In this document: one piece after another, positions 50,902-64,000 of the stretch
Layout of the letters: every line of letters begins with the position of its first letter
Position numbering within the stretch: the first letter of the stretch is position 1
Source of the DNA: Eledone cirrhosa
Lineage: Eukaryota
Assembly (NCBI GenBank): GCA_964016885.1
Contig: OZ024761.1
Coordinates: 4,216,001-4,280,000 of the forward strand
Reading direction: 5' to 3'
DNA length: 64,000 bases
Program-made: the position numbers and the translations under genes
Notes under the pieces: model-generated
The model's database searches: none
What the model was told of the DNA's origin: nothing
The model's input: the letters and a program-made list of their open reading frames with translations, nothing else

Positions 50902-51259
50902 ACTAGAAATAGATTGACATATATATAAAATAAACATTTGAAACAATCACAGGGAATAATTTGTAAAGTATGTAAGCACACATAGCTAGGTAGGTAACTA
51001 ATTAAAGTTTAACTAGAACTTCAAATATAGATACCTTTTAAAATGATTCATCTCCTTTGTATATAATTCTTTAAATATAAAATATATTTCCCCAATTAAT
51101 CGGTAAATCACAGTAGTCAAATCCTGGATGGTCACCAAAGGAGAAGATAAAAACCATCTGTGAATGACTCATTTTACTCTCCCAGCCTAATAAGGAAGTT
51201 TTATGATTGTTTTTTTATGTCTCTAGCATGTTGGCTCATTATTCATTTTGTGTTCCAAG

Positions 51260-51376
51260 GTTGTGGAGGCTAAAGAATCTGTAGTAAAGTCTGCGGCCAA
51301 AGATAACGACACAGAAGTTAAAGAATGGAAGAGGTCATTACACATTCTGTATGGATCCCAAACTGGTCATTCAAAG
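51260..51376 (+). CDS. TYW1: TYW1 coding exon (VVEAKE...LHILYGSQTGHSK), flavodoxin FMN phosphate loop
   Basis: ccaag acceptor and GTAATG donor; 117 nt, phase 0-0; YGSQTG motif. Confidence 0.9.
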
Positions 51377-51396
51377 GTAATGTATAGTTTATATCT

Positions 51397-52236
51397 ACTG
51401 GTGGGATCTGGGGAAATTCCACAGATAAGACATCTCTATATACTGGTGGGATCTGGGGAAATTCCATAGGTTAGACATCTCTGTATCTACTTGTGGGATC
51501 TGGGGAAATTCCACAGATAAGACATGTATATATACTGGTGGGATCTGGGGAAATTCCACAGATAAGACATCTCTATATTTACTGGTGGGACCTGGGGAAA
51601 TTCCACAGATAAGACATCTCTGTATTTACTGGTGGGATCTGGGGAAATTCCACAGATAAGACATCTGTATTTACTGGTGGGATCTGGGGAAATTCCACAG
51701 ATAAGACATGTATATATACTGGTGGGATCTGGGGAAATTCCACAGATTAGACATCTCTGTATTTACTGGTGGGATCTGGGGAAATTCCACAGATAAGACA
51801 TCTGTATTTACTGGTGGGATCTGGGGAAATTCCACAGATAAGACATCTGTATTTACTGGTGGGATCTGGGGAAATTCCACAGATAAGACCTCTATATTTA
51901 CTGGTGGGATCTGGGGAAATTCCACAGATAAGACATCTGTATTTACTGGTGGGATCTGGGGAAATTCCACAGATAAGACATCTCTATATTTACTGGTGGG
52001 ACCTGGGGAAATTCCACAGATAAGACATCTCTGTATTTACTGGTGGGATCTGGGGAAATTCCACAGATAAGACATGTATATATACTGGTGGGATCTGGGG
52101 AAATTCCACAGATAAGACATCTGTATTTACTGGTGGGATCTGGGGAAATTCCACAGATAAGACATCTCTATATTTACTGGTGGGATCTGGGGAAATTCCA
52201 CAGATAAGACATCTCTGTATTTACTGGTGGGATCTG
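51397..52236. repeat. 45-47-bp minisatellite (~18 copies)
   Basis: (TACTGGTGGGATCTGGGGAAATTCCACAGATAAGACATCTGTATT)n beginning 20 bp after the donor. Confidence 0.95.
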
Positions 52237-52484
52237 GCCGTTCCCTTGGAGAACATCGGTGGCGTAGAGAGGGGAGACTGGTATGTATGGGTGACTACTG
52301 GTCTTCCACAAATAACCTTGCCCAGACTTGAACCTCGGAGGGGAACTTTCTAGGTGCAAATCCCTTGGTCATTCGTGACTGAAGGGTGTCTTTACTCTTT
52401 TTTTACACCCCGCTCCCCATATATATATACACACACCATAACATGGGTGACATATTTGATTACCATTTTTGTTATTGTTTGTAG

Positions 52485-52586
52485 GTTTTGGCTGAAAGCC
52501 TTGCTCAAGGTGCTGGGCACCAGGGGGTTCTAGTTGAGGTGTTGAATATCAAAGATTGTGACCCCGACGACCATATAAAACACTTT
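52485..52586 (+). CDS. TYW1: TYW1 coding exon (VLAESLAQGAGHQGVLVEVLNIKDCDPDDHIKHF)
   Basis: ttgtag acceptor and GTAAGT donor; 102 nt, phase 0-0; compare TYW1 NLKEYDPDDHL. Confidence 0.9.
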
Positions 52587-52892
52587 GTAAGTTTTCACAA
52601 CTATTTTGGTTTTAATTCTTTCATTACGATATTTTTAATGAATGTCTCTGTTTTCAATTAATTTTGAAAATAATAATCTTTGTGGGACTGAGTGATACAA
52701 CTCTCTCATAAATAAGCTGGTGTTTGGAACATAACTTAACAAAGGCGTTTACATTAAATTATAACGGAAGGTTATTAGATGAATATAAATACTTTAGCAA
52801 TTTTGTTACTATATTTCTAATGAAAGGCTTTGTCCTTGGTTTTTCTAATAATTTTGAAAATAATCAATAATTTTGAGTGATTTAGTAATGTA

Positions 52893-53060
52893 CCGTATTT
52901 CCTGGTGTTGAAGACACTTCGTCCTCAAGGACCCACCCTAATTTTGACAACCAAAAATTTGAAAAAAAATAATAAACAACATTCGGCCTCCAGGACGCAT
53001 GGTAGATTTTTGAGACTTATTTTAGGAAAAAGGTAGTGTCTTCGAGGCCGGGAAATACGG
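52893..53060. mobile_element. pogo/Tc1-type MITE
   Basis: TA|CCGTATTTCCTGG...CCGGGAAATACGG|TA. Confidence 0.75.
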
Positions 53061-53260
53061 TAACTTTCTCATTATCAAACTGGTCTTTGGAACATAACTA
53101 AAAGGTTCTTACATAAAATTATGATGGAATGTTTTTAGATAAATATAAACACTTGAACATAAGCAACTTTGTATGATAGAACCAGGGAAAGTTTGGTATC
53201 AATAGGGCTAAATATCATGTTTGCACTTCATAAATATATTTTTATATTTTTTATACACAG

Positions 53261-53455
53261 AGATCTCCTGATCGCATATATGTGATAATTATCTCCACTT
53301 ATGTGCAAGGCTCACCACCAGATGACGCTGTTTGGTTTTATAAATGGTTGAAAGAGACTGCTGTTGACTTCCGTGTTCAGAAGAATTTTCTAGAAGGAAT
53401 GGTCTATGCAGTGTTTTCACATGGCAACTCTGAGTACAAGGAGAATTTTGCTGTA
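53261..53455 (+). CDS. TYW1: TYW1 coding exon (RSPDRIYVIIISTYVQGSPP...WFYKWLKETAVDFRVQKNFLEGMVYAVFSHGNSEYKENFAV)
   Basis: cacag acceptor and GTAAGT donor; 195 nt, phase 0-0; WF.KWL.E...DFR..K..L.GM.YAVF is characteristic of TYW1. Confidence 0.93.
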
Positions 53456-53609
53456 GTAAGTAACACATATCATTAAACAGTAAATATATATATGGGTTCG
53501 TGTCCCTTGTACGTCAATACTCCTATTTTTTTCCATTCGGAGGGTTTTTAAAATCCCAACAGACTAATTCTATTTAGTTAAATATGGCGTAAGAACATGT
53601 TACTACCTA

Positions 53610-53649
<40 letters not shown>

Positions 53650-55005
53650 TTCAGGGATGGTCTGCAACAACAGGAAACATAGATTGCAGACCTTTTCCGA
53701 ATCAAATATTTTTTCTGTACTTTCTCTGTTTGTGTCTGCCATAATTTCTTTATTGATTAACTAATTATGCAATACACACCTGATGATGTTGCCAGGACCT
53801 TACATAACCAGGCCATATATATATAGTGCTTTTGCACCAGTCCAGCCTCCTGTTGTTTTAAGGTCGGTTATATGATGCCTGTGTGAGATGTGTGATGCTG
53901 CATGGTAGTGAGACATGGGTGGCAACTCCAGAGGATATGCAACGGCTGGAGAGAAATGAAGCAAGCATGCTCCGTTGGATGTGCAATGTCAATGTACATG
54001 AATGACTAAGCATGGACGAGTTGAGAGAAAAATATAATGAATCACCCGGTCCGGGAATCGAACTCACAACCTCATGGGAGTGGGTGGGATGGTGCATAAT
54101 ATATATATGCCTCAGCTTTGGCCTGCATTCCGTCGGAAGTCTGGTCATCTGTATTACTGTGTAGCACCAGGGATCTCGGTCCTGCTTGTGAGAAGTGCAA
54201 TTGGGCAGGTCAGCTTTTAAGTGGATTTTACGTAGATAGGTATCATCATCATCATTCATTTCATTTTACGTCCGCTTTTTCCCTGCTTGCAAGGGTGGGA
54301 CGGGAACCGATTCTGGCTTGATTTCTACAGCTGGATGCCCTTCCTAACACCAACCTCATTTACAGTGAGTGCTGGGTGCTTTTTTGCCGTGGCACCTCCA
54401 CGACCACTTTGCAGTGGAATGATAGGGACCCCAGTCCCTATCATCTCATTTCTACAGCTGAGTAAACTGGAGCAATGTGAAATAAAGTGTCTTGCTCAAG
54501 GAAACAACACATCACCCGGTCTGAGAATTGAACTCACAACCTTTCGATTGCAAGGCCAATGCTCTAACCACTAAGCCATGTGCCTCAGTATATGCATATA
54601 TACACATATATACATGTAAATGTACACATATCATCATCATCGTTTAATGTCCATCTTCCACGCTAGCACGGGTCTGGACGGGAATTGTTCCACTTGAGGC
54701 AAGATTGGTTGTCTTGCTCGGAACTGTCTGGCAGGTTTTCTACGGCTGGATGCCCTTCCTAACACCAACTACGTTTACAGTATGGACTGGGAGGTTTTTA
54801 CCATGTTACCTACACGGCCACATTACAGCGTGGACTGTGTGTTTTTTTGTTGTGACACCTACACGACCTCATTTATTTAAGACTGGATGTTGTGGTACCA
54901 ACATAGCTTTACATCGAAAGGGGTGGTGTGGATGGGGTGGGAGTAGTGGGACGGGGGTGTATTTTGGTTAAGAGGTGCCTACTGACTGTAGGTTTTGCTT
55001 TGTAC

Positions 55006-56186
55006 TTAGGCAAGGCAGGTCTTCTGTATAACTGCGTAGCGCCAAAGATCTCGGTCCAGTGACATTGTCTTGGAGAGGTGCAAGTGTGTGAGGTCGGAAT
55101 TTATCAAGTCATCCCAGGTTTTTCTGGGTCTGCCTACTCCGTAGCTACTGTCTATTTTTATCGCCCTGCACTTTTTTATACAGCTGTCGTCTTTCATGCG
55201 CATCACGTGACCATACCAATGTAGTCTTCTCTCGAGTAAACAGCATCTGATCCCTCTTATTCCTAATTTCTCACTTAGTTCATTTATGCTTTGCTGTTCG
55301 CGTATATTACTATTACACATCCAGCGGGGCATGCAAGCTTCGTTCCTCTCCAGTCTGCGTATATCCTCTGCACACAAGGCCCAGGTCTCACTGCCATGTA
55401 ACATCGCTGTTCGTATGCAGGCATCATACAGCCTGCCTTTCATTTTCAGAGAGAAACCCTTAGCGGCCTATAGTGGTATAAGCTCTCTGAACTTTTTCCA
55501 TCCCGTTCTGACTCTAACTACAATACTTTCGGAGCACCCTCCACCAATGCTGATTTTGTCACCCTGGTAATGGAAGGTGTCCACTATTTCTATAGAACCA
55601 TCTGGGCAATGGAATGTGCTAGTATTCTGTGGGTATTTGCTGCTACTTATTGCACCAGAGCACCGGCCACATATAAAATCTATATTCTTAGTTAGCTTAC
55701 CTGTGATCCCACTACATCTTTTATGCACCCATACTTTGCATTTGGGACATAAAATGGGGTTTCTGCCTACCCCTTTCCTACACACTGAGCATGGCCATTT
55801 CCCAGATGGGACCAGTGCCCTATTCTCCTTCCTACATATTAGGACTTTAGTCTTAGACAAGTTAATTTTAAGGCGTTTTGATTCTAGGCCATGCTTCCAT
55901 GTTTGGAATTTCTTCTCTAGCTCAGCCATTGATTCAGCTATGAGCGTTAGATCGTCTGCGTGTAGTAGTTCCCATGGGCAGCCGGTCTTGAACTCCTCCG
56001 TTATAGCTTGGAGGGCGATAATAAATAGGAGGGGGCTAAGGACAGAGCCCTGATGAACACCAACTTTTACGCTATACTCTTCACTATATTCGTTGTTAAT
56101 TCTAACCTTGCTGACTGTTTCTTTATACATGGCTTGTATAGCTCTCACAAGCCATTCATCTACACCTAGTTTTCTAAGGGCCCACC
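55006..56186 (-). mobile_element. RTE LINE ORF2 3' half (RT with PHD-type finger), 5'-truncated
   Basis: GVHQGSVLSPLLF, HADD, CSVC..CPKC..H..C..CGRC, LYDACIRTAMLHGSETW, GRPRKTW; stop at 55468. Confidence 0.92.
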
Positions 56187-56285
56187 AGATATATATACAT
56201 GTAAATGTACACATATATGCATATGTACACATATGTAAACATATATATATATATGTACACATATATGCATATGTACACACATATA

Positions 56286-59213
56286 TCTATATATAAAAAG
56301 TGAAGTTGGGCGTTGTTTGTTTGTTTGGTGTCCCGAACTTGCAGACTACACTGTTCATCATGAAACTTGACACATATATAAAACTTGGCCCGTAGATTGG
56401 AATAGGCTACTTGAAGTTTTCGAAAAATAATCGGATCCCCAGAAGCCAAAATTGATGAAACTCGACACAAGTGTGTATTTTGATCCAGGTATGAACGAAA
56501 AATCGATAATCAGACTCCCAGAGGCAAAAATCGATATTTTCAGAATTTGTCCGATTTCAATGAAATTTGATATTACCACAATAATAGATCCATTAGGAGT
56601 TACTCCAAGGCTGCAAAAATTCAGAAAGTTTTTTTAAACTCATAAATTATGCATTAAATGAGATCTTTAAGAGTAAGGGCAGACAATTATTCATAGTTTA
56701 ATTATCAATGGCGCAATATTGTGGAAATATGCAAATCTATGCCTTTCTTTATGGAGAAATGGAAGGCTTTACAAACAGATATTCAGGGTTCTTTGAGTAG
56801 AATTCTTAATTCTTAAATAATTGTACAGTCAACAAAATATATGACAGAATGTTTTTCATATTTTTTTTTTAAATCTTTCTATTTCAATGAAATTTAATGT
56901 GTATGTATTCGAACACAAGCACTTTTAGTTTACACCTGGCGCAATCAAAATCAATTTTATATGCCCATATAAGCACGCACACACTGTGACTGACGCGCAT
57001 TATTGATTGGACGTTATTGATTGATACACAAACAGGTATGCATGCACGTGTGAACCGCCTTTTTCTCTTTGTGTGTATCCGCTTTTTGTGAACAACAATA
57101 AATCCGGCCGTCTCACTAAACGGACCTTTACAGAATTTGCCCACTTACTTATCGGTGAATTAGTGCTTATTTATTTAGACTACTTGCATGCTATTTCAGT
57201 TAAATTTAATTCATTTTTCACCTTCCTTAAATTTAAAAATCCCCATTGGGATTAGGGGATTGTCGACATCTTAGTGTTAAACTTTTCATATTCCCCCTTA
57301 TTCAAGTGCTAATACAGTATTATCCCTATCTGAAAGGAAACCAAATTTAATGGTGTCTTTTGTGATGCTAAAAGCGGTGAGTAAGTTTTCAAACAGTCTT
57401 AAATAATCATGCTTTTTGAAAAAAATTTACTAAATAATACTTTGACCAAGTTGTATTGGACACATACAAAGTTGTAAAAAATGTTACGTCCGTACCAATT
57501 TTTTCTTTTTTTAAACAAAAGGTTCTAAAAAATGACTTAATTCATAACACTACTGTCACAGCCTTTTGCACAGGAAGTGAGTAAGTTTTCGGGTTTTTAA
57601 ACGTAAGTTCACCAGGGTTTGTGTCTTTTCCATTATTAGCCCACCTCTAATGGCATTTTTTGTTCTGTTTACGACTAAATGTTATGAGCGTATTTGCAAA
57701 TTGCTATTGTTCTTGAATTTTTTAATTAGTTGTCATAGACCATCTGCATGCAGTGCAATTGATTGCGCACACGTACACACCTGCATGCAGATAAACACTG
57801 ACAGCTAATAAAAAATCGATAATTTGCTTATTAAGACATCGGTCAAAGAGAGAGATTGAATGTACTTTAGAAAATCTTTTGAATATATTGTTCATTTTGG
57901 TATGATATGTCAGAAATATAGCTACTATTCACTTCGGTTATTTTTTGTAACTAAGAAACGGTTCCTTTTCTTAACAAGAAAGATCCCAGGGTTTTGGACA
58001 AGTTTGTTTCAGGCACTGTATAGACGCCAATTTTGTCACACCTTGGTCATGAATTCGTATTCTTTTCCAATAGATACCGTATTTTCCGCTCTATAAGGCT
58101 CACCGGGGTATAAGGCGTATCATTTAAAATCAGGTCCACGCAATGGCATGTAAGGCCAACCAGGAAAATCTATCTTCTTTACTTTTAGTCTAGATCTATT
58201 ACTTCTGTTAGAGCCATGATTGATTACCATTGTATTATTTATACATAAGGCTCACCGGAGTATAAAGTGCAGAGCTGTTTTTTGATGAAATTTAGGTATT
58301 TTAAGTGCACTTTTCTCATTTACTATTGGCACAGTGCCTTTGGCTTAACTAACCAGTAGCATTAATTAACTTTCTCTAGGAAACACCTGCTGAGCGCGAA
58401 TCTCGACTCGCTGATAGACGTCTTTCCCGGCTGGTTGAGTCACCAACATCCCGTACGACAAGACTTGCTGATGTTCGCCTTCGTTGCCAACAAGCGCTGG
58501 TGGAGGAGTCACCAACATCCCGTCAGACGAGGCTTGCTGGGGTTTGCTTTCGTCACTAACAAGGGCTTGCAGAGGAGTCACCAACATCCCATCAGACGAG
58601 GCTTGCTGGCGTTTGCTTTCGTCACCAACAAGCGCTTGCAGAGGAGTCACCAACATCCCATCAGACGAGGCTTGCTGGGGTTCGCCTTCATCGTCAACAA
58701 GCGCTTGCAGAGGAGTCCACGGCAGACAGCGACAACTGGCTTGCTGCAAAGCGTTCCCGGCATACATTAGCTACTGTTGCCAAGAGCTCAGGCTGGGTAA
58801 AAGCAACCTTCAGATATAACCCCTCTGAGGATTACAGACTTCTGCCTACAGTTTCCATTGGCAAAATGGATAATGTCTGTACATCCTGCAAGGCAATGAA
58901 GTGGCCAGGCCAGGCGCGTTCTATGTGCTGTGCAGGAGGTAAGGTGCAACTAGAGGCATTGGCTGACCCGCCAGACGTTTTTCTGAATCTACTTACAGGT
59001 GACGACACTACGGCTACAACGTTCCGCCGTAACATGTGGAAATACAACTCCTGTTTCATGATGACCTCCTTTGGTGTAGACAATAACAACACCCACAACA
59101 GCGTGAACCCCAACAACAACGTTACACCTGTGATGCGCGGGAAGTAACTTTCACACATTTTAACAACAGCAAAAGTCGACTTACACCCAGGCAACGCCGG
59201 GTACTTCTGCTAG
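56286..59213 (+). mobile_element. Internally deleted Helitron with RepHel N-terminal remnant
   Basis: A^TC 5' end; 3' hairpin CCCAGGCAACGCCGGG then CTAG^T; GKMDNVCTSCKAMKW...CCAGGKVQL...FRRNMWKYNSCFMMTSFG (58860-59075); 69-bp coding-type repeats at 58437-58745. Confidence 0.9.
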
Positions 59214-59351
59214 TATATATATTTATATATATATATATATATATATGTAAATGTACACACATATATATATATATACATATATATACAGAGACATGGATAC
59301 ATTCACACACACTAACACATATATATTTTATTATCTATTTCATTCTCTTAG

Positions 59352-59451
59352 GTTGGTAAAAACATAGATGAGTGGTTCCACCAGTTGGCTGCTCAAAGAA
59401 TCCTCCCAGTTGGTAATGGAGATGAGAACACCCCTGAGAGTTCCTACGGAG
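59352..59451 (+). CDS. TYW1: TYW1 coding exon (VGKNIDEWFHQLAAQRILPVGNGDENTPESSYG)
   Basis: cttag acceptor and GTCAGT donor; 100 nt, phase 0-1; compare VGKNVDKWLWMLGAHRV..GEGD. Confidence 0.92.
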
Positions 59452-59713
59452 GTCAGTTCAATTCTTGTGTCTTCCTCACATTTCTTTTATGATGTTTCAT
59501 CTTCAAAGATATTCCTACGTAACTCATTGTTTAATGGACTTTAACAAAGAAATGTTGTTGGATATTATATAAATACAATGGCGGTGGATTGGCAGTATCG
59601 GTAGAGGGTCGGACGCCATGCTTTGCAGCATAGAGTTACTGCCCTTTATGATCTGAGTTCAAATCCCGCCGAGGTTAACTTTGCCTTTCATCCTTACGGG
59701 GTAAGTAGAAACA

Positions 59714-59756
<43 letters not shown>

Positions 59757-59804
59757 TGATAGAAAGATAGTGGTGCAGGGGGGGGGGGGGGGCAGATAGA
59801 TGGT

Positions 59805-61110
59805 AATGGTAGTGTCATGATTAAATACACCCGGTACACTCTGTAAAGTAGTAGCGTTGGTGTCATGATAAAATACACCTAGTACACTCTGTAAAGTGGT
59901 AGTGTTGGTGTCATGATAAAATACACCCAGTACACTCTGTAAAGTGGTAGTGCTGGTGTCATGATAAAATACACCCAGTACACTCTGTGAAGTGGTAGTG
60001 TTGGTACCATGATAAAATACACCCAGTACACCCTGTAAAGTAGTAGTGTTGGTGTCATGATAAAATACACCCAGTACACCCTGTAAAGTAGTAGTGTTGG
60101 TGTCATGATAAAATACACCCAGTACACTCTGTAAAGTAGTAGTGCTAGTGTCATGCTAAAATACACCCAGTACACTCTGTAAAGTGGTAGTGTTGGTACC
60201 ATGATAAAATACACCCAGTACACCCTGTAAAGTAGTAGTGTTGGTGTCATGATAAAATACACTCAGTACACTCTGTCAAGTAGTAGTGTTGGTGTCATGA
60301 TAAAATACACCCAGTACACTCTGTCAAGTAGTAGTGTTGGTGTCATGATAAAATACACCCAGTACACTCTGTAAAGTGGTAGTGCTAGTGTCATGATAAA
60401 ATACACCCAGTACACTCTGTGAAGTGGTAGTGTTGGTACCATGATAAAATACACCCAGTACACCCTGTAAAGTAGTAGTGTTGGTGTCATGATAAAATAC
60501 ACCCAGTACACCCTGTAAAGTAGTAGTGTTGGTGTCATGATAAAATACACCCAGTACACTCTGTAAAGTAGTAGTGCTAGTGTCATGCTAAAATACACCC
60601 AGTACACTCTGTAAAGTGGTAGTGTTGGTACCATGATAAAATATACCCAGTACACCCTGTAAAGTAGTAGTGTTGGCACCATGATAAAATACAACCAGTA
60701 CACCCTGTAAAGTAGTAGTGTTGGTGTCATGATAAAATACACCCAGTACACCCTGTAAAGTAGTAGTGTTGGTGTCATGATAAAATACACCCAGTACACT
60801 CTGTAAAGTAGTAGTGTTGGTGTCATGATAAAATACACCCAGTACACCCTGTAAAGTAGTAGTGTTGGTGTCATGATAAAATACACCCAGTACACTCTGT
60901 AAAGTAGTAGTGTTGGTGTCATGATAAAATACACCCAGTACACCCTGTAAAGTAGTAGTGTTGGTGTCATGATAAAATACACCCAGTACACCCTGTAATA
61001 TGGTAGTGTTGGTACCATGATAAAATACACCCAGTACACTCTGTAATATGGTAGTGTTGGTACCATGATAAAATACACCCAGTACACTCTGTAAAATGGT
61101 AGTGCTGGGG
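59805..61110. repeat. 48-bp minisatellite (~27 copies), reverse complement of the 25950-26590 unit
   Basis: (GGTGTCATGATAAAATACACCCAGTACACTCTGTAAAGTAGTAGTGTT)n. Confidence 0.95.
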
Positions 61111-61200
61111 CCACAATAGACTGCAATAATGATAACCTAAGCTATCATTATTTATTAGATTCTCTGTAATGGCGGCCACATCATGTTATTGTTGTTGTAG

Positions 61201-61358
61201 GTTTAACAGCAGATTTCAATGCCTGGAGTAAGAAGTTCTGGAAGAAGAGTGTTCCAGTGTTGAAAGGCAGTCCTCTGCCAGTGGAAGCCAGCAAATGTTG
61301 TAAGGAGACATGTGAGAATAAATGCTGTGACAAAGACGATAATTCTTCAAACCAAGAG
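61201..61358 (+). CDS. TYW1: TYW1 coding exon ([14 protein letters not shown]...[21 protein letters not shown]); radical-SAM exons lie beyond the window
   Basis: ttgtag acceptor and GAG|GTGTGT donor; 158 nt, phase 1-0; compare SIEADFRAWKTKF followed by a Cys-rich linker. Confidence 0.85.
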
Positions 61359-61389
61359 GTGTGTTATGTTCATATATATGGGTCTTGTA

Positions 61390-62330
61390 TGTATGTATGT
61401 ATATATATATATATATATATATGTACATATATAAGTATATATATATATATATATATACGTACATATATAAGTATATATATATATATATATATACGTACAT
61501 ATATAAGTATATATATATATATACGTACATATATAAGTATATATATATATATATACGTACATATATAAGTATATATATATATATATACGTACATATATAA
61601 GTATATATATATATATATACGTACATATATAAGTATATATATATATATATATATATACGTACATATATAAGTATATATATATATATATACGTACATATAT
61701 AAGTATATATATATATATATACGTACATATATAAGTATATATATATATATATACGTACATATATAAGTATATATATATATATATACGTACATATATAAGT
61801 ATATATATATATATATACGTACATATATAAGTATATATATATATATATACGTACATATATAAGTATATATATATATATATACGTACATATATAAGTATAT
61901 ATATATATATATATATATACATACGTACATATATAAGTATATATATATACGTACATATATAAGTATATATATATATATACGTACATATATAAGTATATAT
62001 ATATATATATACGTACATATATAAGTATATATATATATACGTACATATATAAGTATATATATATATATACGTACATATATAAGTATATATATATATACGT
62101 ACATATATAAGTATATATATATATATATACGTACATATATAAGTATATATATATATATAAGTATATATACGTACATATATAAGTATATATACGTACATAT
62201 ATAAGTATATATACGTACATACATAAGTATATATACGTACATACATATATGTATACGTACATACATATATGTATACAGACGTACAGTAGTATGTATATAC
62301 ATACATGCACATATATATATGTACGTATGG
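61390..62330. repeat. ((TA)nCGTACATATATAAG)n compound microsatellite
   Basis: Direct reading of the sequence. Confidence 0.95.
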
Positions 62331-62754
62331 GTTTACCGAACATTTATTATAATGCTCGGTTTGTTTGTAAACAAACAGCTCGAATTATATATGTATATAT
62401 ATATCATCATCATCATCATCGTCATTTTACGTCCGCTTTTCCCTGCTTGCAAGGGTGAGGCGGGAACTGATTCTGGCTTGATTTCTACAGCTGGATGCCC
62501 TTCCTAACACCAACCTCATTTACAGTGAGTGCTGGGTGCGTTTTTACCGTGGCACCTCCACGACTACTTTGCAGTGGAATGATATGGACCTCAGTCCCTA
62601 TCATCTCATTTCTACAGCTGAGTAAACTGGAGCAATGTGAAATAAAGTGTCTTGCTCAAGGAAACAACACATCACCCAGTCTGAGAATTGAACTCACAAC
62701 CTTTCGATTGCAAGGCCAATGCTCTAACCACTAAGCCATGTTTTTTTAACCACG

Positions 62755-64000
62755 AGCAACTTTTACAAACAACCGCAATGACAGAGGACGGAGACATCGT
62801 TATGCTAGCAAGGGACTTCAATGGTCATGTTGGACAGCTCCAGGATGGTTACACTGGGGTACATGGTGGGCGTGGTTACGGCTCAAGAAATGAAGAAGGA
62901 GTGAGACTTCTTGAATTTTGTGATGCAAGTACACTGACTATTTGCAACACAAACTTCCAGAAACCTGCCAACCACCTAATAACCTACAAATCTGGCGAGC
63001 ACATAAGCCAGATTGACTTCTTACTAGTTAGGCAGCGGGACAGGCAGATAGTGTCTAATACCAAGGCATACCCTGGGGAAGAATGTACTCCACAGCATAG
63101 GTTAGTCGTTAGTGATATCTCAGTAAGCAAGAGATGGTGGAATGAGACATGCAGGAAGGTGTGGAGAAGAAAGGTCTGGAAGCTAAAAGACCTTTCACTA
63201 AAATACAAATTTAGGAAAGCCCTTCAAGATGTGTATGACGACTTAGAGACATATGACATAGATAATAACTGGAATTTCTCACGTGACAACTTACTGCAGG
63301 CTACTGATGAAACTTGTGGCTAGAGCAGAGCTCCAACCAGACAGAGAGTGACCTGGTGGTGGAACAGCACAGTAGATAAGGCCATTAGAGACAAAAGGCT
63401 TGGAAAAAGGGTGGGAGTAGGGAAGAATATACAGCTGCTAAGAGAGAAGCTAGACGTCAGGTGTACTTAGCACACAGGGAGGCTGAGAGTAGGAGGTTTG
63501 CCAATGTTCTGCGACGGGAAGATCAGAGGCGTGCGGTGTTCCACATTGCAAGGCAGTGTGTCAATGCAACTCAGGATGTTGGAGATAAATGTGTCCGGAT
63601 TGATGCCGGTGTTCTTAGTGTCACGAATGATCAGAAAAAGGAGGCCTGGAAATGTCATTATGAGAGACTGATGAATGTGGAGAGCAAATGGGAGAGAGAG
63701 AAATTACCCTCAGTAGATCCGACAGAGGGACCAGCTTTTGAGATTGACGAATATAGGGTCCAAGAGGCGATTAAGGAAATGAAAAATGGTAAGGCGGCCG
63801 GACCATCGGGAATAGTTGTTGAGATGCTGAAGGCATCAGGGGACGTAGGCACTAAGCTGGTTGCACGCATCATCAATCGGGCTATATATGGTGGTGTCAT
63901 ACCCAAAGACTGGTGCAGCAGTATTCTCATAAATTGCTACAAAGGTAATGGGGTTGCTCTGGAGAGGAGCAATTATAGGGGTATAAAACTGATGGATCAG
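62755..64000 (+). mobile_element. RTE LINE ORF2 (AP endonuclease C-half, linker, start of RT), degraded; runs off the window
   Basis: DFNGHVG, RNEEGVRLLEFC, QIDFLLV, PQHRLVV, KAAGPSG, NYRGIKLMD; stops and frameshifts. Confidence 0.92.

Noticed and set aside
53779-53828. CTGATGA at 53780 and weak cores near 32590-32630(-), 46040-46085(-) and 50527-50565
   Set aside because: Second core half or cleavage triplet is missing; indistinguishable from chance by eye.
51260-59451. Alternative identity as NADPH-cytochrome P450 reductase, NDOR1 or MTRR
   Set aside because: WFYKWLKETAVDFRVQK, VGKNIDEW and ADFNAW followed by a Cys-rich linker fit TYW1 better; the radical-SAM domain is outside the window so it could not be confirmed.

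Overview
Eukaryotic, AT-rich, repeat-saturated genomic DNA, most likely from an octopod cephalopod (inferred from the tRNA-derived SINE families and RTE LINEs with (GAT)n tails). It holds two split genes arranged head-to-head, both reconstructed by hand with GT-AG boundaries and consistent phases. TBL2 (ER-anchored WD40 protein, minus strand) has 9 coding exons from 37533 to 4628 and continues off the left end. TYW1 (wybutosine synthase, plus strand) has 6 coding exons from 48990 to 61358, covering the N-terminal anchor and flavodoxin domain, and continues off the right end. Introns and the intergenic gap carry RTE, R4-like and CRE-like LINE fragments, a 5'-truncated Penelope-like element (RT + GIY-YIG), a DD37D (maT) mariner derivative, Helitrons, MITEs, SINEs and many minisatellites. 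The main feature the ORF track does not show is a dense set of about 15 intact or decayed type I hammerhead ribozyme motifs from several sequence families. They sit in short (TA)n-embedded insertions that are often fold-back palindromes or partial tandem units, resembling Penelope pLTR or retrozyme elements. Also notable are two independent 5'-inverted RTE insertions with TSDs, and a PHD-type finger inside the RT of another RTE family. All structures were read by eye and none were computed.
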